The notes: generated by a model from the letters alone, not told the origin. 64,000 nucleotides of DNA from an uncultured bacterium (GCA_963813815.1 CAWFAD010000016.1:1-64000), one strand, 5' to 3'; numbered from the stretch's first letter, positions 19,376-29,727 are shown. Numbers and translations are program-made.

Positions 19376-20878
19376 TCACCCGCCGATGATGAATGCCATA
19401 TACGACATCTTGTCCAGGAGCGCGCGCCGCGCGGCCTCGAGAACGCCCTCGTCGACGATCGGGTACAGGACGCCGAGCGCCACGCACAGGACCGCGAGCA
19501 CGACGAGCGGCGCCGTCATGGCGAACGGCGACTCCTTGATGCCTTCGAGGCGCTTCGGCAGCCGACCGTACATCGCGAACTGCTGGAACCTCGTGAACGT
19601 CAGGAGCGTCAGGAACGCCACGAGGACCGCCACGCCGCCGTAGACGTAATATCCCGCCTGCATGAAGGCGACGATGATGACGAGCTTGCTCCAGAACCCG
19701 TTGAACGGCGGCACGCCCGCGATGGAGAGCGAGCCGATCGTGCACGCGGCCCCCGTCACCGGCATCCGCCGGATGAGGCCGCCGATTTCGTTGCGGTTTC
19801 TCGTCCCCGTGCGGTACTCGATCGAGCCGGCGCAGAGGAAGAGGAGCGACTTGAAGACCGCGTGGTTCACGAGATGATAGAGGGCGCCGAAGAGAGCGAG
19901 CGCCGAGATCGCCGCCGGCACGGCCGGATTGAGGCCGAGCCCGAGACCCATCATGACGTACCCGATCTGGCTGATCGAGCTATATGCCAGCATGCGCTTG
20001 ATGTCCGTCTGGCCGACCGCGAGCAGCACCCCCACGACCATCGAGAGGGCGCCGATGAACATGAAGATGCTCGATACCATCTCGTTCGGACCGATCACGC
20101 AGAACATGATGCGCGCGATGGCGTAGACGCCGAGCGCCTTGATGAGCACGCCCGAGAGCATCGCCGAGATGGGCGCCGGGGCGCTCGGGTGCGCGTCCGG
20201 GAGCCACGCGTGGAAGGGAACCGAGGAGGCCTTGAGACCGAACCCCATGATGAAGAGGGCGATCACGAAGGCGACCGCGCGGTTGATCCCGACGATCTCG
20301 ATCTGCCGGGCGAGATCGGGCATGTTGAGCGTGCCGGCGACCGAGTAGAGGAACGCGATCCCGAAGAGGATCGCCGTGCTCGCCACGGAGCCGAGGATGA
20401 GATACTTGAACGAGGCCTCGAGCTCCTCGTGCTCGCATCCGAACCCGACGAGCGCGTAGGAGGCGATCGACGCGATCTCGAGGAACACGAAGAGGTTGAA
20501 GAGATCGCCCGTGATGACGACGCCGTTCATGCCCGCGAGCATGAGGAGAAACAGCGAGAAGTACTTCGGCTTGGCCGTGTAGCCGTTCATGTACTGCAGG
20601 GAGTAGACGACGGAGAGGAAGCTCACGACGTTGATGATGAGGAGCATGAGCGAGCTCAGCCCGTCGGAGACGAGGAGAATGCCGAGCGGAGGAGGCCACC
20701 CGCCGACGTGGTAGGAGAAGGGCGTCTCGAAGATCATCCTGACCGCGAGGATCGCGAGCGCCGCCGTCACCGCCACCGCGATGTAATCGGCGAATCGCTT
20801 GTTGATCTTCGTCACGAGCAGGTTGAAGAACGCCGCCGCGAGCGGTATCGCCGTGAATAATGGATAGAGTCCCTGCAT
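19376..20878 (-). CDS. mnhD: Mrp antiporter subunit D / MbhH-like proton-translocating subunit
   Basis: GDLFNLFVFLE, PFHAWLPDAH..AP, KRMLAYSSISQIGY, GVPPFNGFWSK. Confidence 0.9.
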   Translation of the reverse strand: MQGLYPLFTAIPLAAAFFNLLVTKINKRFADYIAVAVTAALAILAVRMIFETPFSYHVGGWPPPLGILLVSDGLSSLMLLIINVVSFLSVVYSLQYMNGYTAKPKYFSLFLLMLAGMNGVVITGDLFNLFVFLEIASIASYALVGFGCEHEELEASFKYLILGSVASTAILFGIAFLYSVAGTLNMPDLARQIEIVGINRAVAFVIALFIMGFGLKASSVPFHAWLPDAHPSAPAPISAMLSGVLIKALGVYAIARIMFCVIGPNEMVSSIFMFIGALSMVVGVLLAVGQTDIKRMLAYSSISQIGYVMMGLGLGLNPAVPAAISALALFGALYHLVNHAVFKSLLFLCAGSIEYRTGTRNRNEIGGLIRRMPVTGAACTIGSLSIAGVPPFNGFWSKLVIIVAFMQAGYYVYGGVAVLVAFLTLLTFTRFQQFAMYGRLPKRLEGIKESPFAMTAPLVVLAVLCVALGVLYPIVDEGVLEAARRALLDKMSYMAFIIGG

Positions 20879-20900
20879 CGAAACCCCGTCTCGCTATCCG

Positions 20901-21251
20901 TCAGCCCTTGAGCCTGTTGATTTCACTCATATCGAACGTCTTGTATTTCTCGTACAGCCGCAGGCAGATCGCCACCATGAGCGCGAGGACGCCGAGCCCG
21001 ATCACGATCGAGGTGAGCACGAGGGCCTGCGGCAGCGGATCGACCGACGTCGCGTTGAACGTCGCGCGGTCCATGTCCTTGAAGAGAATCGGCGCCGTGC
21101 CGTTCCGCCGGTACCCGATGATGATGATGAAGAGGTTGACCGCGTAGTCCGTGATGGTGAGACCGATGATCTTCTTCACGATGTTCTTCTTCGCTATGAG
21201 GCAATAGACCCCCATCACGAACAGCACGAGCGTGAGAAAATAGAGAATCAT
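20901..21251 (-). CDS. mnhC: Mrp antiporter subunit C
   Basis: DPLPQALVLTSIVIG motif. Confidence 0.92.
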   Translation of the reverse strand: MILYFLTLVLFVMGVYCLIAKKNIVKKIIGLTITDYAVNLFIIIIGYRRNGTAPILFKDMDRATFNATSVDPLPQALVLTSIVIGLGVLALMVAICLRLYEKYKTFDMSEINRLKG

Positions 21252-21269
21252 GAACGAACCCCCGCTCCC

Positions 21270-21755
21270 TTATTCCTCTTCCTCGACGAGCTTCGAGACG
21301 AAGCGCCCGAATATCGACAGAGCCATGAAAATAGCGAAGAGCGACGCCGTCACCTTGAGCCCGATGACGATGTTGTACACCGGTATGAGCCCCGCGCTCA
21401 CCAGATGGAACGGCCTCCCCCGGTCGATGAAGTTGAGGAAGTACCATCCGAAGATAAGGCCGAACATCGGAATGACGGCGAACAGCAGCGCCGCCGTGTT
21501 GTCGAGGATCGAGGCGCCCTTGTCGCTCAGCTTCTTGAGACTCACATCCTTGCCGAACGCGAGCGTCAGCGCGACGTATCCGCACGCGAGGATGACGCCC
21601 CCCGCGAATCCCCCGCCCGGGGTCAGGTGGCCGTACAGTATGATGTACCAGCCGAACATGAAGATGATCCCCATGGCGAAGCGCACGACCGTCTTGACGA
21701 TCGTCGTCATGCCTTTCGGGCTTTCCGTGCTCACGATCTCGGGCTTCGTCGCCAT
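21270..21755 (-). CDS. mnhB: Mrp antiporter subunit B domain protein
   Basis: GHLTPGGGFAGG motif. Confidence 0.9.
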   Translation of the reverse strand: MATKPEIVSTESPKGMTTIVKTVVRFAMGIIFMFGWYIILYGHLTPGGGFAGGVILACGYVALTLAFGKDVSLKKLSDKGASILDNTAALLFAVIPMFGLIFGWYFLNFIDRGRPFHLVSAGLIPVYNIVIGLKVTASLFAIFMALSIFGRFVSKLVEEEE

Positions 21756-21758
21756 GCG

Positions 21759-22358
21759 TTACTCCCTGAACTCCTCGGAGTCTCCCCTGATCTCTTCGTC
21801 GGTCAGGATCCCGACCTTTTCCGTGTCCGCCGCCGAGCGCTGCTTGCGCCCGCGGCGCCGGAGGATGACGAACGCGCCGACGATCGAGGTAAAGAGCACC
21901 GTCGCCTCGCCGAGGGTGTCGTACCCGCGGAAGTCGAGGACGATGCTCGTCACGGCGTTCGCCGCGCCCGTCTTGTCGAGCGCCGTCTCCACGTACCGTT
22001 GCGACACTCGCATGAGCGGCTCGCCGAAGGGCCGGAGGTCCTGCACGGCGAGGAACGCGAACACGAGGAAGAGACCGAAGAAGATGAGGCTCGATACGAT
22101 GGAGAAGGTGTCCCAGTGAGCCTCGATCGCGGTGTTGTCCATGGTGATCGTGGCCCTGATGAGAACGATGAGGATGAGAATCTCGACCACCACCTGCGTG
22201 ATGGCGATGTCGGGCGCCTGCAGCATGAGGAACGCGATCGACACGCTGAAGCCCACGACGCCGCAGGAGATCACGGAGGAGAGGAGGTTCTTCGTCTCGA
22301 TCGCGATGATCGAGCCGACGATCATGAAGATGAGCAATATGAACAGGTACGATTCCAT
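21759..22358 (-). CDS. DUF4040 + MbhE-like membrane subunit
   Basis: APDIAITQ; NAVTSIVLDFRGYDTLGE. Confidence 0.85.
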   Translation of the reverse strand: MESYLFILLIFMIVGSIIAIETKNLLSSVISCGVVGFSVSIAFLMLQAPDIAITQVVVEILILIVLIRATITMDNTAIEAHWDTFSIVSSLIFFGLFLVFAFLAVQDLRPFGEPLMRVSQRYVETALDKTGAANAVTSIVLDFRGYDTLGEATVLFTSIVGAFVILRRRGRKQRSAADTEKVGILTDEEIRGDSEEFRE

Positions 22359-22379
22359 GCGTCCGCCTCGTCCGGCTCC

Positions 22380-24245
22380 TTACGGCTTGAAGATCAACAC
22401 GAACGACAGTATCCCGAGCCCGATGATGACCCAGGCGAGATAGGTCGACAGATTTCCGTTATGGATGGTTCTCAGAATCTGAACGAGCCCGCCGCCGAGC
22501 TTGCCGAAAATGTTGTACGGATCGATGGCCCCCTTCTCGCCGTCGGAGAACAGTATCTTCACCGCCGGGCCGAGGTCGTCCGTCACCGTTTTGTAGAACT
22601 GCGTCCCGGGAACGCGTATCTCCTCGTTGTCCATGACGTTGCCGCCGATCCAGACGTTCTCGTCCGTCCGGTAGGCCCCCCTGCCGCTGAAGGCGTAGAT
22701 GAGGAGCCCGAGAATGACGCCGGCGACGATGAACGCCGTCGCCGCGCCGGGGTTCCAGAAGCCGTCCGTGGGCAGGGTCGCGATGTTCCCCATCGAGATG
22801 TCAACGAGCTGCCCGTTCGCCACCGACGGGATGATGAACCGCTCGAGCGGGAACTGCGCGAAGATGCCGAACAGCACGCAGAGAATCGTGAGGAAGATCA
22901 TCGGGAGCTGCATCGAGAAGTCGACTTCCTTCACGCCCGCGAACCGGTCGGGCCGCCGGCCGAGGAAGACCGAGTGGAGCACCTTTACGAACGACGCGAG
23001 CGTGAGCGCGCTTCCGAAGATCGCCACCACGAGGAACACGACGTGCCGGCTCTCGAGCATGCCCTGATAGATGAGCCACTTCGAGGCGAAGCCGTTCATG
23101 GGCGGAATGCCCGAGATGGAGAGGGCCGCTATCGACATCGAGATGAACGTCACCGGCATGAGCTTCGCGAGGCCGCCGAGGTCTTCGAGCTCGCCGGTGC
23201 CGGTGCGCTTCTCCACCGCCCCCGCGCCGAAGAAGAGCGCGCTCTTGTAGATCGCGTTGTTGAGCATGTGGAACAGTCCGCCCACGATGGCGATCGGAAT
23301 CCCGCTTCCGACGCCGAGCACCATGTACCCCACCTGGCTCACGGCGTGGAAGGAGAGAAGCTTCTTGAGGTTGTGCTGCACGAGCGCCATGAGCACGGCG
23401 AAGATGATCGTCACGGCCCCCAGCGTCATCATGACGAGCGAGAGCGTCGAGCCCGCCTGAACGGCGAAGATGTCGATCGATACGCGGGCGAGGAAATAGA
23501 TGCCGAGGAGCTTGTCGAGCGAGGCGGGGAGAAACGCCATCGTCGGCGCCGGCGTCGCGGCCGCGATCGCGGGCACCCACGAATGCAGCGGGATCGCTCC
23601 GGCCTTGGCGATGGCGCCCGCGAAGAGCAGCAGGAACGAAACGGTCCCGAGCGTCGACCCCGTCGACACGTGGAGCTCCGAGATGGTGAGCGTGCCGGTC
23701 TGGAGCCAGACGAGAACGATGCCGGCCAGCATCGCCGCGTCGCTCAGCCCGAGGATCGTGAAGGCCTTGGCCGCGCCCTTTTCGTGATCCTTGTCCCCCA
23801 TGTTCGTCATGAAGAAGAGGAGCGCCGTGAGCGCTTCCCAGAACACGAGGAGCAGCAGGAGATTGTTCGAGAGAACGGCCCCCGTCGCCGCGGCCAGCGT
23901 CCAGAGAACGTAGGAGTAGTAAATGCTCGCCGTGGAGCGCTTCCAGAAATAGCCGAGCGAATAGAGGATCACGAGCACCGCGAAGATGGCGACGAAGAGC
24001 AGGATAAAGGCGCTCAGGGGATAGACCCGGAGCGAGAGATCGAAAGGAATCGTCCCGCCGAGGGAGAAAAGCGGCGCCGACCAGCTCGCCTCGCCGCCCC
24101 CGAAGAGCACGATCGCGTGCAGGAGCACCCACACCGCCGCCGCGAGGGCGACGATGCCGGCCACGAGCTTCGCCCGGCGCGGAACGAAGAGCGGAAACAC
24201 GCCCACCGCCGCCGCCACGACTATCGGATAGAGAAGTTGGTTCAT
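22380..24245 (-). CDS. NuoL/HyfB-like proton-translocating subunit
   Basis: LLVFWE, KAGAIPLHSW, KKLLSFHAVSQVGY, GIPPMNGFASKW. Confidence 0.88.
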   Translation of the reverse strand: MNQLLYPIVVAAAVGVFPLFVPRRAKLVAGIVALAAAVWVLLHAIVLFGGGEASWSAPLFSLGGTIPFDLSLRVYPLSAFILLFVAIFAVLVILYSLGYFWKRSTASIYYSYVLWTLAAATGAVLSNNLLLLLVFWEALTALLFFMTNMGDKDHEKGAAKAFTILGLSDAAMLAGIVLVWLQTGTLTISELHVSTGSTLGTVSFLLLFAGAIAKAGAIPLHSWVPAIAAATPAPTMAFLPASLDKLLGIYFLARVSIDIFAVQAGSTLSLVMMTLGAVTIIFAVLMALVQHNLKKLLSFHAVSQVGYMVLGVGSGIPIAIVGGLFHMLNNAIYKSALFFGAGAVEKRTGTGELEDLGGLAKLMPVTFISMSIAALSISGIPPMNGFASKWLIYQGMLESRHVVFLVVAIFGSALTLASFVKVLHSVFLGRRPDRFAGVKEVDFSMQLPMIFLTILCVLFGIFAQFPLERFIIPSVANGQLVDISMGNIATLPTDGFWNPGAATAFIVAGVILGLLIYAFSGRGAYRTDENVWIGGNVMDNEEIRVPGTQFYKTVTDDLGPAVKILFSDGEKGAIDPYNIFGKLGGGLVQILRTIHNGNLSTYLAWVIIGLGILSFVLIFKP

Positions 24246-24269
24246 TCGATTACGCTCCGGCGGACGAGT

Positions 24270-25478
24270 CTACGGGTTCCCCGCGCGCCGCGCCAGTCTT
24301 TTTCTCGTTTCCTCGGTCTTCTCATGGCTCATCCGCACCAGATCCGCTTCGGTGATCACGCGCCGCCCGCCGCCGCGGCAATCCACCACGCCGACGCGCT
24401 CCGTGCACGAGTAGCAGGGATCGACCGCCGCCGTGATGAGCCCCGCGTCGGCCACGGTGTTTCCCGGCACGCTCACCTCGTTCGTGAGGATGTTGTTGAA
24501 GCTCGGCGCGCGCACCTTGTGCCGCAACGGCATGTTGCCGCCGTTCGAGCGCACGTAGTGGAACACCTCGCCGCGCGGCGCTTCGTACGCGCCGAAGCCC
24601 TCCCCGGGCGGCACCTCGTTGATCTCCGCGCAGATGTCTCCGGCCTTCGTGTCCGCGATGAGCGCGAGGCACTGGCGGATGATCTTGATCGATTCGAAGT
24701 TCTCGAGCTGCCGGACGACCGCCTTGTCGAAGACGTCGCCGTGCTCGCACACGATCACGTTGAAGCTCACCTTGTCGTAGGCGTCGATCGGATGATCGCG
24801 CCGGATGTCGATGTCGTAGCCGGCCGAGCGGGCGGTGGGTCCGAGCGCGCCGTAGAGGCGGCACTGCTTCTTGTCGAGGACGCCGACGCCCTTGGTCCGC
24901 GCGTGGATGACCGGGTCGTCCACGATCGCCTTGGTGAGAAGGTCGTTCTCCTTCTCGATCCGGTCGAGGAGCTTCAGGATGTTCGGGATCTCCTCCGGCG
25001 GCAGATCGCGGCGCACGCCGCCCGGTTTCATGACGGCGTAGTGGTTGCGGTTCCCCGTGACCGCCTCGAGAATGTCGAGGAGCGGCTCGCGGAACTTCCA
25101 CGTCCACATGAACACGGTGTTGTATCCGAGAAAGTGGCCGGCGAGCCCCGTCCAGAGGAGGTGGCTGTGGAGACGCTCGAGCTCCGCGGCGACGCAGCGG
25201 ATGAACTGCGCCCGGAGCGGCACCTCGATCTGGCAGAGATCCTCGACCGCCTTGACGTAGGCGTACGGGTGCGAGCACGAGCAGATGCCGCAGATGCGCT
25301 CGACGAGGAAGGGCACCTGGTCCCACGTCTTGCGCTCGGAGAGGAGCTCGATCCCGCGGTGGCTCCAGCCGATCGTCTGATCGATCTTCACCACGCGCTC
25401 GCCCTCCACGTGGAGCTCGAAAAACTCGGGCTCCTCGAGGATCGGATGGAACGGGCCGATCGGGATCTTCTTGACCAT
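24270..25478 (-). CDS. Group 4 [NiFe]-hydrogenase large subunit
   Basis: L1 ERICGICSCSH and L2 DPCYSCTER Ni-binding motifs plus C-terminal extension for proteolytic maturation. Confidence 0.93.
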   Translation of the reverse strand: MVKKIPIGPFHPILEEPEFFELHVEGERVVKIDQTIGWSHRGIELLSERKTWDQVPFLVERICGICSCSHPYAYVKAVEDLCQIEVPLRAQFIRCVAAELERLHSHLLWTGLAGHFLGYNTVFMWTWKFREPLLDILEAVTGNRNHYAVMKPGGVRRDLPPEEIPNILKLLDRIEKENDLLTKAIVDDPVIHARTKGVGVLDKKQCRLYGALGPTARSAGYDIDIRRDHPIDAYDKVSFNVIVCEHGDVFDKAVVRQLENFESIKIIRQCLALIADTKAGDICAEINEVPPGEGFGAYEAPRGEVFHYVRSNGGNMPLRHKVRAPSFNNILTNEVSVPGNTVADAGLITAAVDPCYSCTERVGVVDCRGGGRRVITEADLVRMSHEKTEETRKRLARRAGNP

Positions 25479-25999
25479 TACGGATTCTTTCCTTTCGGCG
25501 GGCGCCCCGCAACCTCGTCCGAGCGCCAGTCGCCGTCGTCGCGCTGCCGCACGAGCGGCAGGCTATCCTTCATCTCGCGCTTCGCCGGGTAGAAATCGGC
25601 CGGACGGCTGTCGGAGCGCAGCAGCGGCCTGAGGTCCGGGTGATTCCTGAAGTTGACTTCGAACATCTCGAACATCTCCCGCTCGATCCACTTGGCGCCG
25701 GGGATCACCGGCGAGATCGAATCGAGCGTCGGATGCGGCTTGGAGGCGAAGGTCTTGATCGTCACGAAGAAATGGTCGCGGTCGAACGGGAAGAAGAACA
25801 TGACCTCGACGCCGTCGCGGTCGTCGACCGCGGCCCCCGTATCGAAACGCGCGTCGAGCGAGTCGAAGAGGAACCGGGCGAGGTCGACCCAGATTTCGTT
25901 CTCCGCGTAGACGTAGACGCGCTTCGGCGAGCGCTCCGCGATCCGCACCTTGGCGCCGTAGCGTTCCGCGATCCGACGTTTCACTTCTTCGCGTTCCAT
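25478..25999 (-). CDS. NuoC/MbhK-like hydrogenase subunit
   Basis: SISPVIPGAKWIEREMFEMF..F.NHP. Confidence 0.88.
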   Translation of the reverse strand: MEREEVKRRIAERYGAKVRIAERSPKRVYVYAENEIWVDLARFLFDSLDARFDTGAAVDDRDGVEVMFFFPFDRDHFFVTIKTFASKPHPTLDSISPVIPGAKWIEREMFEMFEVNFRNHPDLRPLLRSDSRPADFYPAKREMKDSLPLVRQRDDGDWRSDEVAGRPPKGKNP

Positions 26000-26040
26000 C
26001 GCTCTCTCTTCGCCCGCGGCCGGCGTTCCGTCCGCGGAGT

Positions 26041-26454
26041 CTATAGCTGGCTCAGAACCTTCACGATCCCGGAGATGATCGTCTCCGGTTTCGGCGGACA
26101 CCCCGGAATGTAGGCGTCCACCGGGATGTACTTGTCCATCGGGCCGACGACGTTGTAGGCGTCGCGGAAGATCCCGCACTTGCAGCCGCACGCGCCGAAC
26201 GCCACGACCTTGATCGGCCGGGGCGCCGCCTCGTAGAGGCGCCGCAGGCGGGGCAGCACGTTCGCCGTCACGGGGCCGCTCACGAGCAGCACGTCCGCGT
26301 GCCGGATGCTCCCGACGAGTATGACGCCGAACCGCTCCACGTCGAAGCGCGGCGTCAGGCAGTCGAGAATCTCGATATCGCAGTTGTTGCACGCCCCCGT
26401 GTTCACGTGGAACACCCACGGGGACTTCTTCAACGCCTTGAGCGCGAGCGACAT
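26041..26454 (-). CDS. Group 4 [NiFe]-hydrogenase small subunit (NuoB-like)
   Basis: GACNNCDIE, RHADVLLVSG, GAC, IPGCPP. Confidence 0.92.
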   Translation of the reverse strand: MSLALKALKKSPWVFHVNTGACNNCDIEILDCLTPRFDVERFGVILVGSIRHADVLLVSGPVTANVLPRLRRLYEAAPRPIKVVAFGACGCKCGIFRDAYNVVGPMDKYIPVDAYIPGCPPKPETIISGIVKVLSQL

Positions 26455-26467
26455 CAATGCCTCCGCA

Positions 26468-27400
26468 TCAGTATCCGAGCGTGGCGAGGATCAGCGCGAC
26501 GGCCGAGAGAACGAACATCGGCCCCCAGAAGAAGCGCAGCGCATGATCGATCCGCACCCGCGGATTCGTGTTCTTGACGACGACGATGATGACGACGATC
26601 GCGACGTACTTGAGAATCGAAGTGAGGATCCTCCAGCCGACGAAGCTCACGCCCCCCCAGAACATCGTGATGAGGAAGAGCGGCATCACGAGATACATGA
26701 TCGCCGTGTTGAGCCTGACGATGGCGAGCGGAGCTCCCGAATACTCGATGTGCGTGCCGCCCGCGATCTCCGTCTCGGCCTCGGGGATGTCGAAGGGGAT
26801 GAAGCCGAGCTTCGCCTGGGTGCAGAGCATCGCCACGATGAACGCGATGACGCCCGAGGCGCTCCCGAGCATCACGCCGTTGTATTCCTGATGGATGAGT
26901 ATCTTTTCGAAGGAAAAGCTCCCGACCTTGACGATCGTCGTGAGAACGGCCATCACGAGGGGAAGCTCGTAGCCGAAGAGCAGCTTCATCTCGCGGCTCG
27001 CTCCGAGAATGCCGAGCGGGTTGCCCGACGCGCTCCCGCCGATGATGAGGGCGAGCGCCGGGATCGTCATGATGTAGAGCGTGACGATCGAGTCGCCGAC
27101 GAACGACGCCGTGGGGTCGAGGTTGACGAGCCAGAGGATCGTCGAGGCGAGCGTCGCCGCGGCGAGGCCGACGACCGGCATGATGAGGAACCCGGTCGAG
27201 CGGGCGCCGGCGGGCACGACGACCTCCTTGCCGAGGAGCTTCACCGTGTCGGCGAACGGCTGGTACCACGGCGGGCCGACGCGGTACTGCACGCGGGCGG
27301 TGACCTTGCGGTCGACCCACGTCGTGAGAAGCCCGACGACCGCCGAGAAGACGAATCCCGGGAACACGAGATACTTCATCATGAATCCGAATACCTGCAT
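26468..27400 (-). CDS. NuoH/MbhM-like membrane anchor subunit
   Basis: DRKVTARVQYRVGPPWYQPFADTVKLLGKE; PFDIPEAETEI..G..IEYSG. Confidence 0.92.
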   Translation of the reverse strand: MQVFGFMMKYLVFPGFVFSAVVGLLTTWVDRKVTARVQYRVGPPWYQPFADTVKLLGKEVVVPAGARSTGFLIMPVVGLAAATLASTILWLVNLDPTASFVGDSIVTLYIMTIPALALIIGGSASGNPLGILGASREMKLLFGYELPLVMAVLTTIVKVGSFSFEKILIHQEYNGVMLGSASGVIAFIVAMLCTQAKLGFIPFDIPEAETEIAGGTHIEYSGAPLAIVRLNTAIMYLVMPLFLITMFWGGVSFVGWRILTSILKYVAIVVIIVVVKNTNPRVRIDHALRFFWGPMFVLSAVALILATLGY

Positions 27401-27411
27401 GATCTTCCTTG

Positions 27412-27891
27412 CTACCTCGGCAGCGTGAAGCGCGCGAGGTACCGCCCGCCCTCGACGGCGCGTTTCAGCTTTTTCTCGATCTCCGCGAGCTCCTCGAACA
27501 CGAGCGCCCCCGACGTGCACGTGGCGACGCAGCGCGGCTCCTTGCCCTCGGCGAGCCTGTCGGCGCAGAGGTCGCACTTGGGCGAGGTGTGCCACGTCGA
27601 GTACGGGAGCATGACGCCGAACGGGCATGCCATGATGCACGATTTGCAGCCGACGCAGAGGTTGCGCATCCGAGTAATCGTGCCGTTTTCGTCCTTTTTG
27701 ATCGCCTTCTGCGGGCACACGTTGAGGCAGAGCGGCTCCGCGCAATGACGGCAGTGGAGCGGCAGGGTCGCCTTTTCCTGGACGTGCCCGTGCTTGAGAT
27801 GCCCCTGCCCGTGGTGCGCCGCGGCGCACGCGGCCGCGCAGGAGCGGCACGAGGTGCAGAGGTTCATGTTGATATAAATTCTTTTTTCCAT
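27412..27891 (-). CDS. 4Fe-4S dicluster protein (HydN/CooF/DmsB-like)
   Basis: CTSCRSCAAAC, CRHCAEPLCLNVCP, CVGCKSCIMACPFG, KCDLC...PRCVATC. Confidence 0.9.
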   Translation of the reverse strand: MEKRIYINMNLCTSCRSCAAACAAAHHGQGHLKHGHVQEKATLPLHCRHCAEPLCLNVCPQKAIKKDENGTITRMRNLCVGCKSCIMACPFGVMLPYSTWHTSPKCDLCADRLAEGKEPRCVATCTSGALVFEELAEIEKKLKRAVEGGRYLARFTLPR

Positions 27892-27893
27892 AA

Positions 27894-29684
27894 TCAGTAT
27901 CTCGCGCTCTGGCGGCTCAGCTTCGCCGCGACCGGCCCGAGCACCGCCTCTCCCGCACCGGAGAGCCGCCACGGGAAGAGCTTGCGCACGGCGGGGAAGT
28001 GAATCGTCGCCGCCGCGACCTTGCCCGCGAGGCGCCCCGTGATTTCGACCGGAAGCACGATTTCGCCGCCGGCCGTCGACACGTCGACGCGGTCCCCCTT
28101 CGAGAGGCGGAGCCGCGCCGCGAGCTCCCCGGAGACCATGAGAACGGCGTCGGGACAGGTGATCTGCGACCAGTGGAAGTTTCTGCTGGCGGAGCCGTCC
28201 GCCGCGTGCACGGCCTCGCTCCACGGAATGAGCACGGCCTCGGCGCCGTCGAGATCCTTGACGAACGAAACGTACTCGGACCACTCGACGGCGAGGCCGT
28301 CGGTCGAGGCGGCGCGCCCCGCGATCCGCCGCGGATTCGAGACGGGGGCGAGCTCGCTTCCCATCTCCCGGGCGAGCATCGCGAGAAAATCGCCGTCCGA
28401 CACGCAGCCGGCCAGCGGCTTCATGACCTCCGTCCGCGCGAGGTCCTCGCCGAAGGCCGGAGATACGGTCCCCGGTTTCTCCATGAGGGTCGCCGCGGGA
28501 ATGACGATGTTGGCCCGCTCGGCCGTTTGGTTCCAGAACACCTGCGTCGTCACGGTGAACCGTTTCTCGCGCATCGCCTTTTCGATCGGGCCGGCCGGGT
28601 ACGCCGAGAAGAGGTCGAGCCCGAGAATGACGAGCGCCCGCAGCTCCGCGTCGGCGAGCTTGCGGATGCAATCGCTCTTGAGGGAGGCGGCGGCGAGCAC
28701 CGAGTGGATGCCCCACGTGTTCTGCTGAACGAGCTGGGGCGCGAACTCCCGATCCCCCGGCATGAGGAGCGTGAGCGCTTCGGCGAACGAGTAGACGAGC
28801 CCCGGCGCTCCGAAACGCCCGAATATGTTCGAAAGGTACGTCGAGACCTTCGCGGCGCCGAGCATCGATTGCGCGGCGGCGGCGATCGCGGCCTTCGGCA
28901 CGCCGCCGAGATGCTCGATCTCGCTCCAGTCGATCTTGTCGAGCAGCTGCTTGAGCCCCGCGGGCAGCTCGGCCTTCGTTTTCTCGACGGCCGCCTTGAG
29001 GAGTCCGGCCGCGACAGCGGCCTCGCCGCCGGGCCTCGTCCGCAGGTGCCGGTTCGCGAACCACGCCGTGTGGTTCACGTCGGGGCTCACCACGATCACT
29101 TCGCTCCCGCGCGATCCGTACTTGCCCGGCAGGACGCTCTTCGCCGTGCACGGATGCTCCGAAAACGGATCGCCGAAGACGAGCGAGACGGTCCGGTCGC
29201 CGGCGGGCTTGGTCCCGGCCGGCTTCACTCCCGAGAAGTCCCGCGCGAGGTGCGCGCGGAAGAGCGGCGCGTCGTCGGGGGCGAAGAGCGCGACGTTGTC
29301 CGTGCCGACGACCTCGCGGGCGAACCGCACGGCGAGCGCGGCCTCCTCGATCGTGAGGTTCTCGCCGAGGAGCACGCCGATCGAGCCGGGTCCGTGCGCC
29401 GCCTTGACGTCGGCGAGGCTCTTCGCCGTCTCGCGCACGGCGGCGGCGATCGTCGTCCGCTCGCCGAGCATGAACGGATAGTCGATGCGCCGCGGATGCG
29501 AGAGGAGCTCGGCGATCGCGTTGCCGCGCGCGCAGAGGCTGCCGCCGAACTTCGAGCCCTCCCCGCGGTCCCAGTCGACCGAGAGAAGCGATTCCTTGCC
29601 GAAGATCGGCCCGCGCGAGCCCCCCGCGATGACGAGCGGGCAGGCGAGCGAGCAGAGCGAGCAGTTGCCTTTCAGTTCCTTCAT
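27894..29684 (-). CDS. Molybdopterin-oxidoreductase-fold (FdhF/NuoG-like) Fe-S subunit lacking the FDH metal ligand
   Basis: N-terminal CSLCSLAC...LCARG cluster; TAERANIVIPAAT..EKPGT; C-terminal Molydop_binding-like region; no C/U-H motif found. Confidence 0.75.
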   Translation of the reverse strand: MKELKGNCSLCSLACPLVIAGGSRGPIFGKESLLSVDWDRGEGSKFGGSLCARGNAIAELLSHPRRIDYPFMLGERTTIAAAVRETAKSLADVKAAHGPGSIGVLLGENLTIEEAALAVRFAREVVGTDNVALFAPDDAPLFRAHLARDFSGVKPAGTKPAGDRTVSLVFGDPFSEHPCTAKSVLPGKYGSRGSEVIVVSPDVNHTAWFANRHLRTRPGGEAAVAAGLLKAAVEKTKAELPAGLKQLLDKIDWSEIEHLGGVPKAAIAAAAQSMLGAAKVSTYLSNIFGRFGAPGLVYSFAEALTLLMPGDREFAPQLVQQNTWGIHSVLAAASLKSDCIRKLADAELRALVILGLDLFSAYPAGPIEKAMREKRFTVTTQVFWNQTAERANIVIPAATLMEKPGTVSPAFGEDLARTEVMKPLAGCVSDGDFLAMLAREMGSELAPVSNPRRIAGRAASTDGLAVEWSEYVSFVKDLDGAEAVLIPWSEAVHAADGSASRNFHWSQITCPDAVLMVSGELAARLRLSKGDRVDVSTAGGEIVLPVEITGRLAGKVAAATIHFPAVRKLFPWRLSGAGEAVLGPVAAKLSRQSARY

Positions 29685-29727
29685 GCGCTTTCCGTGGCGC
29701 CGTGACGGCCCGCGCCGTCGACGCCTC

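Noticed and set aside
21405..25592. 1395-aa plus-strand ORF and many other long overlapping ORFs (e.g. 61181..63922, 37014..39593, 58388..61168)
   Set aside because: Antisense or alternate-frame shadows of well-supported genes; high-GC codon bias suppresses stops, and the translations are Arg/Ala-rich with no motifs
17648..27400. Respiratory complex I (nuo) or Mbx/Mbs interpretation
   Set aside because: The large subunit retains both CxxC Ni-binding motifs and a cleavable C-terminal tail, and a maturation protease is encoded, so it is a true [NiFe]-hydrogenase
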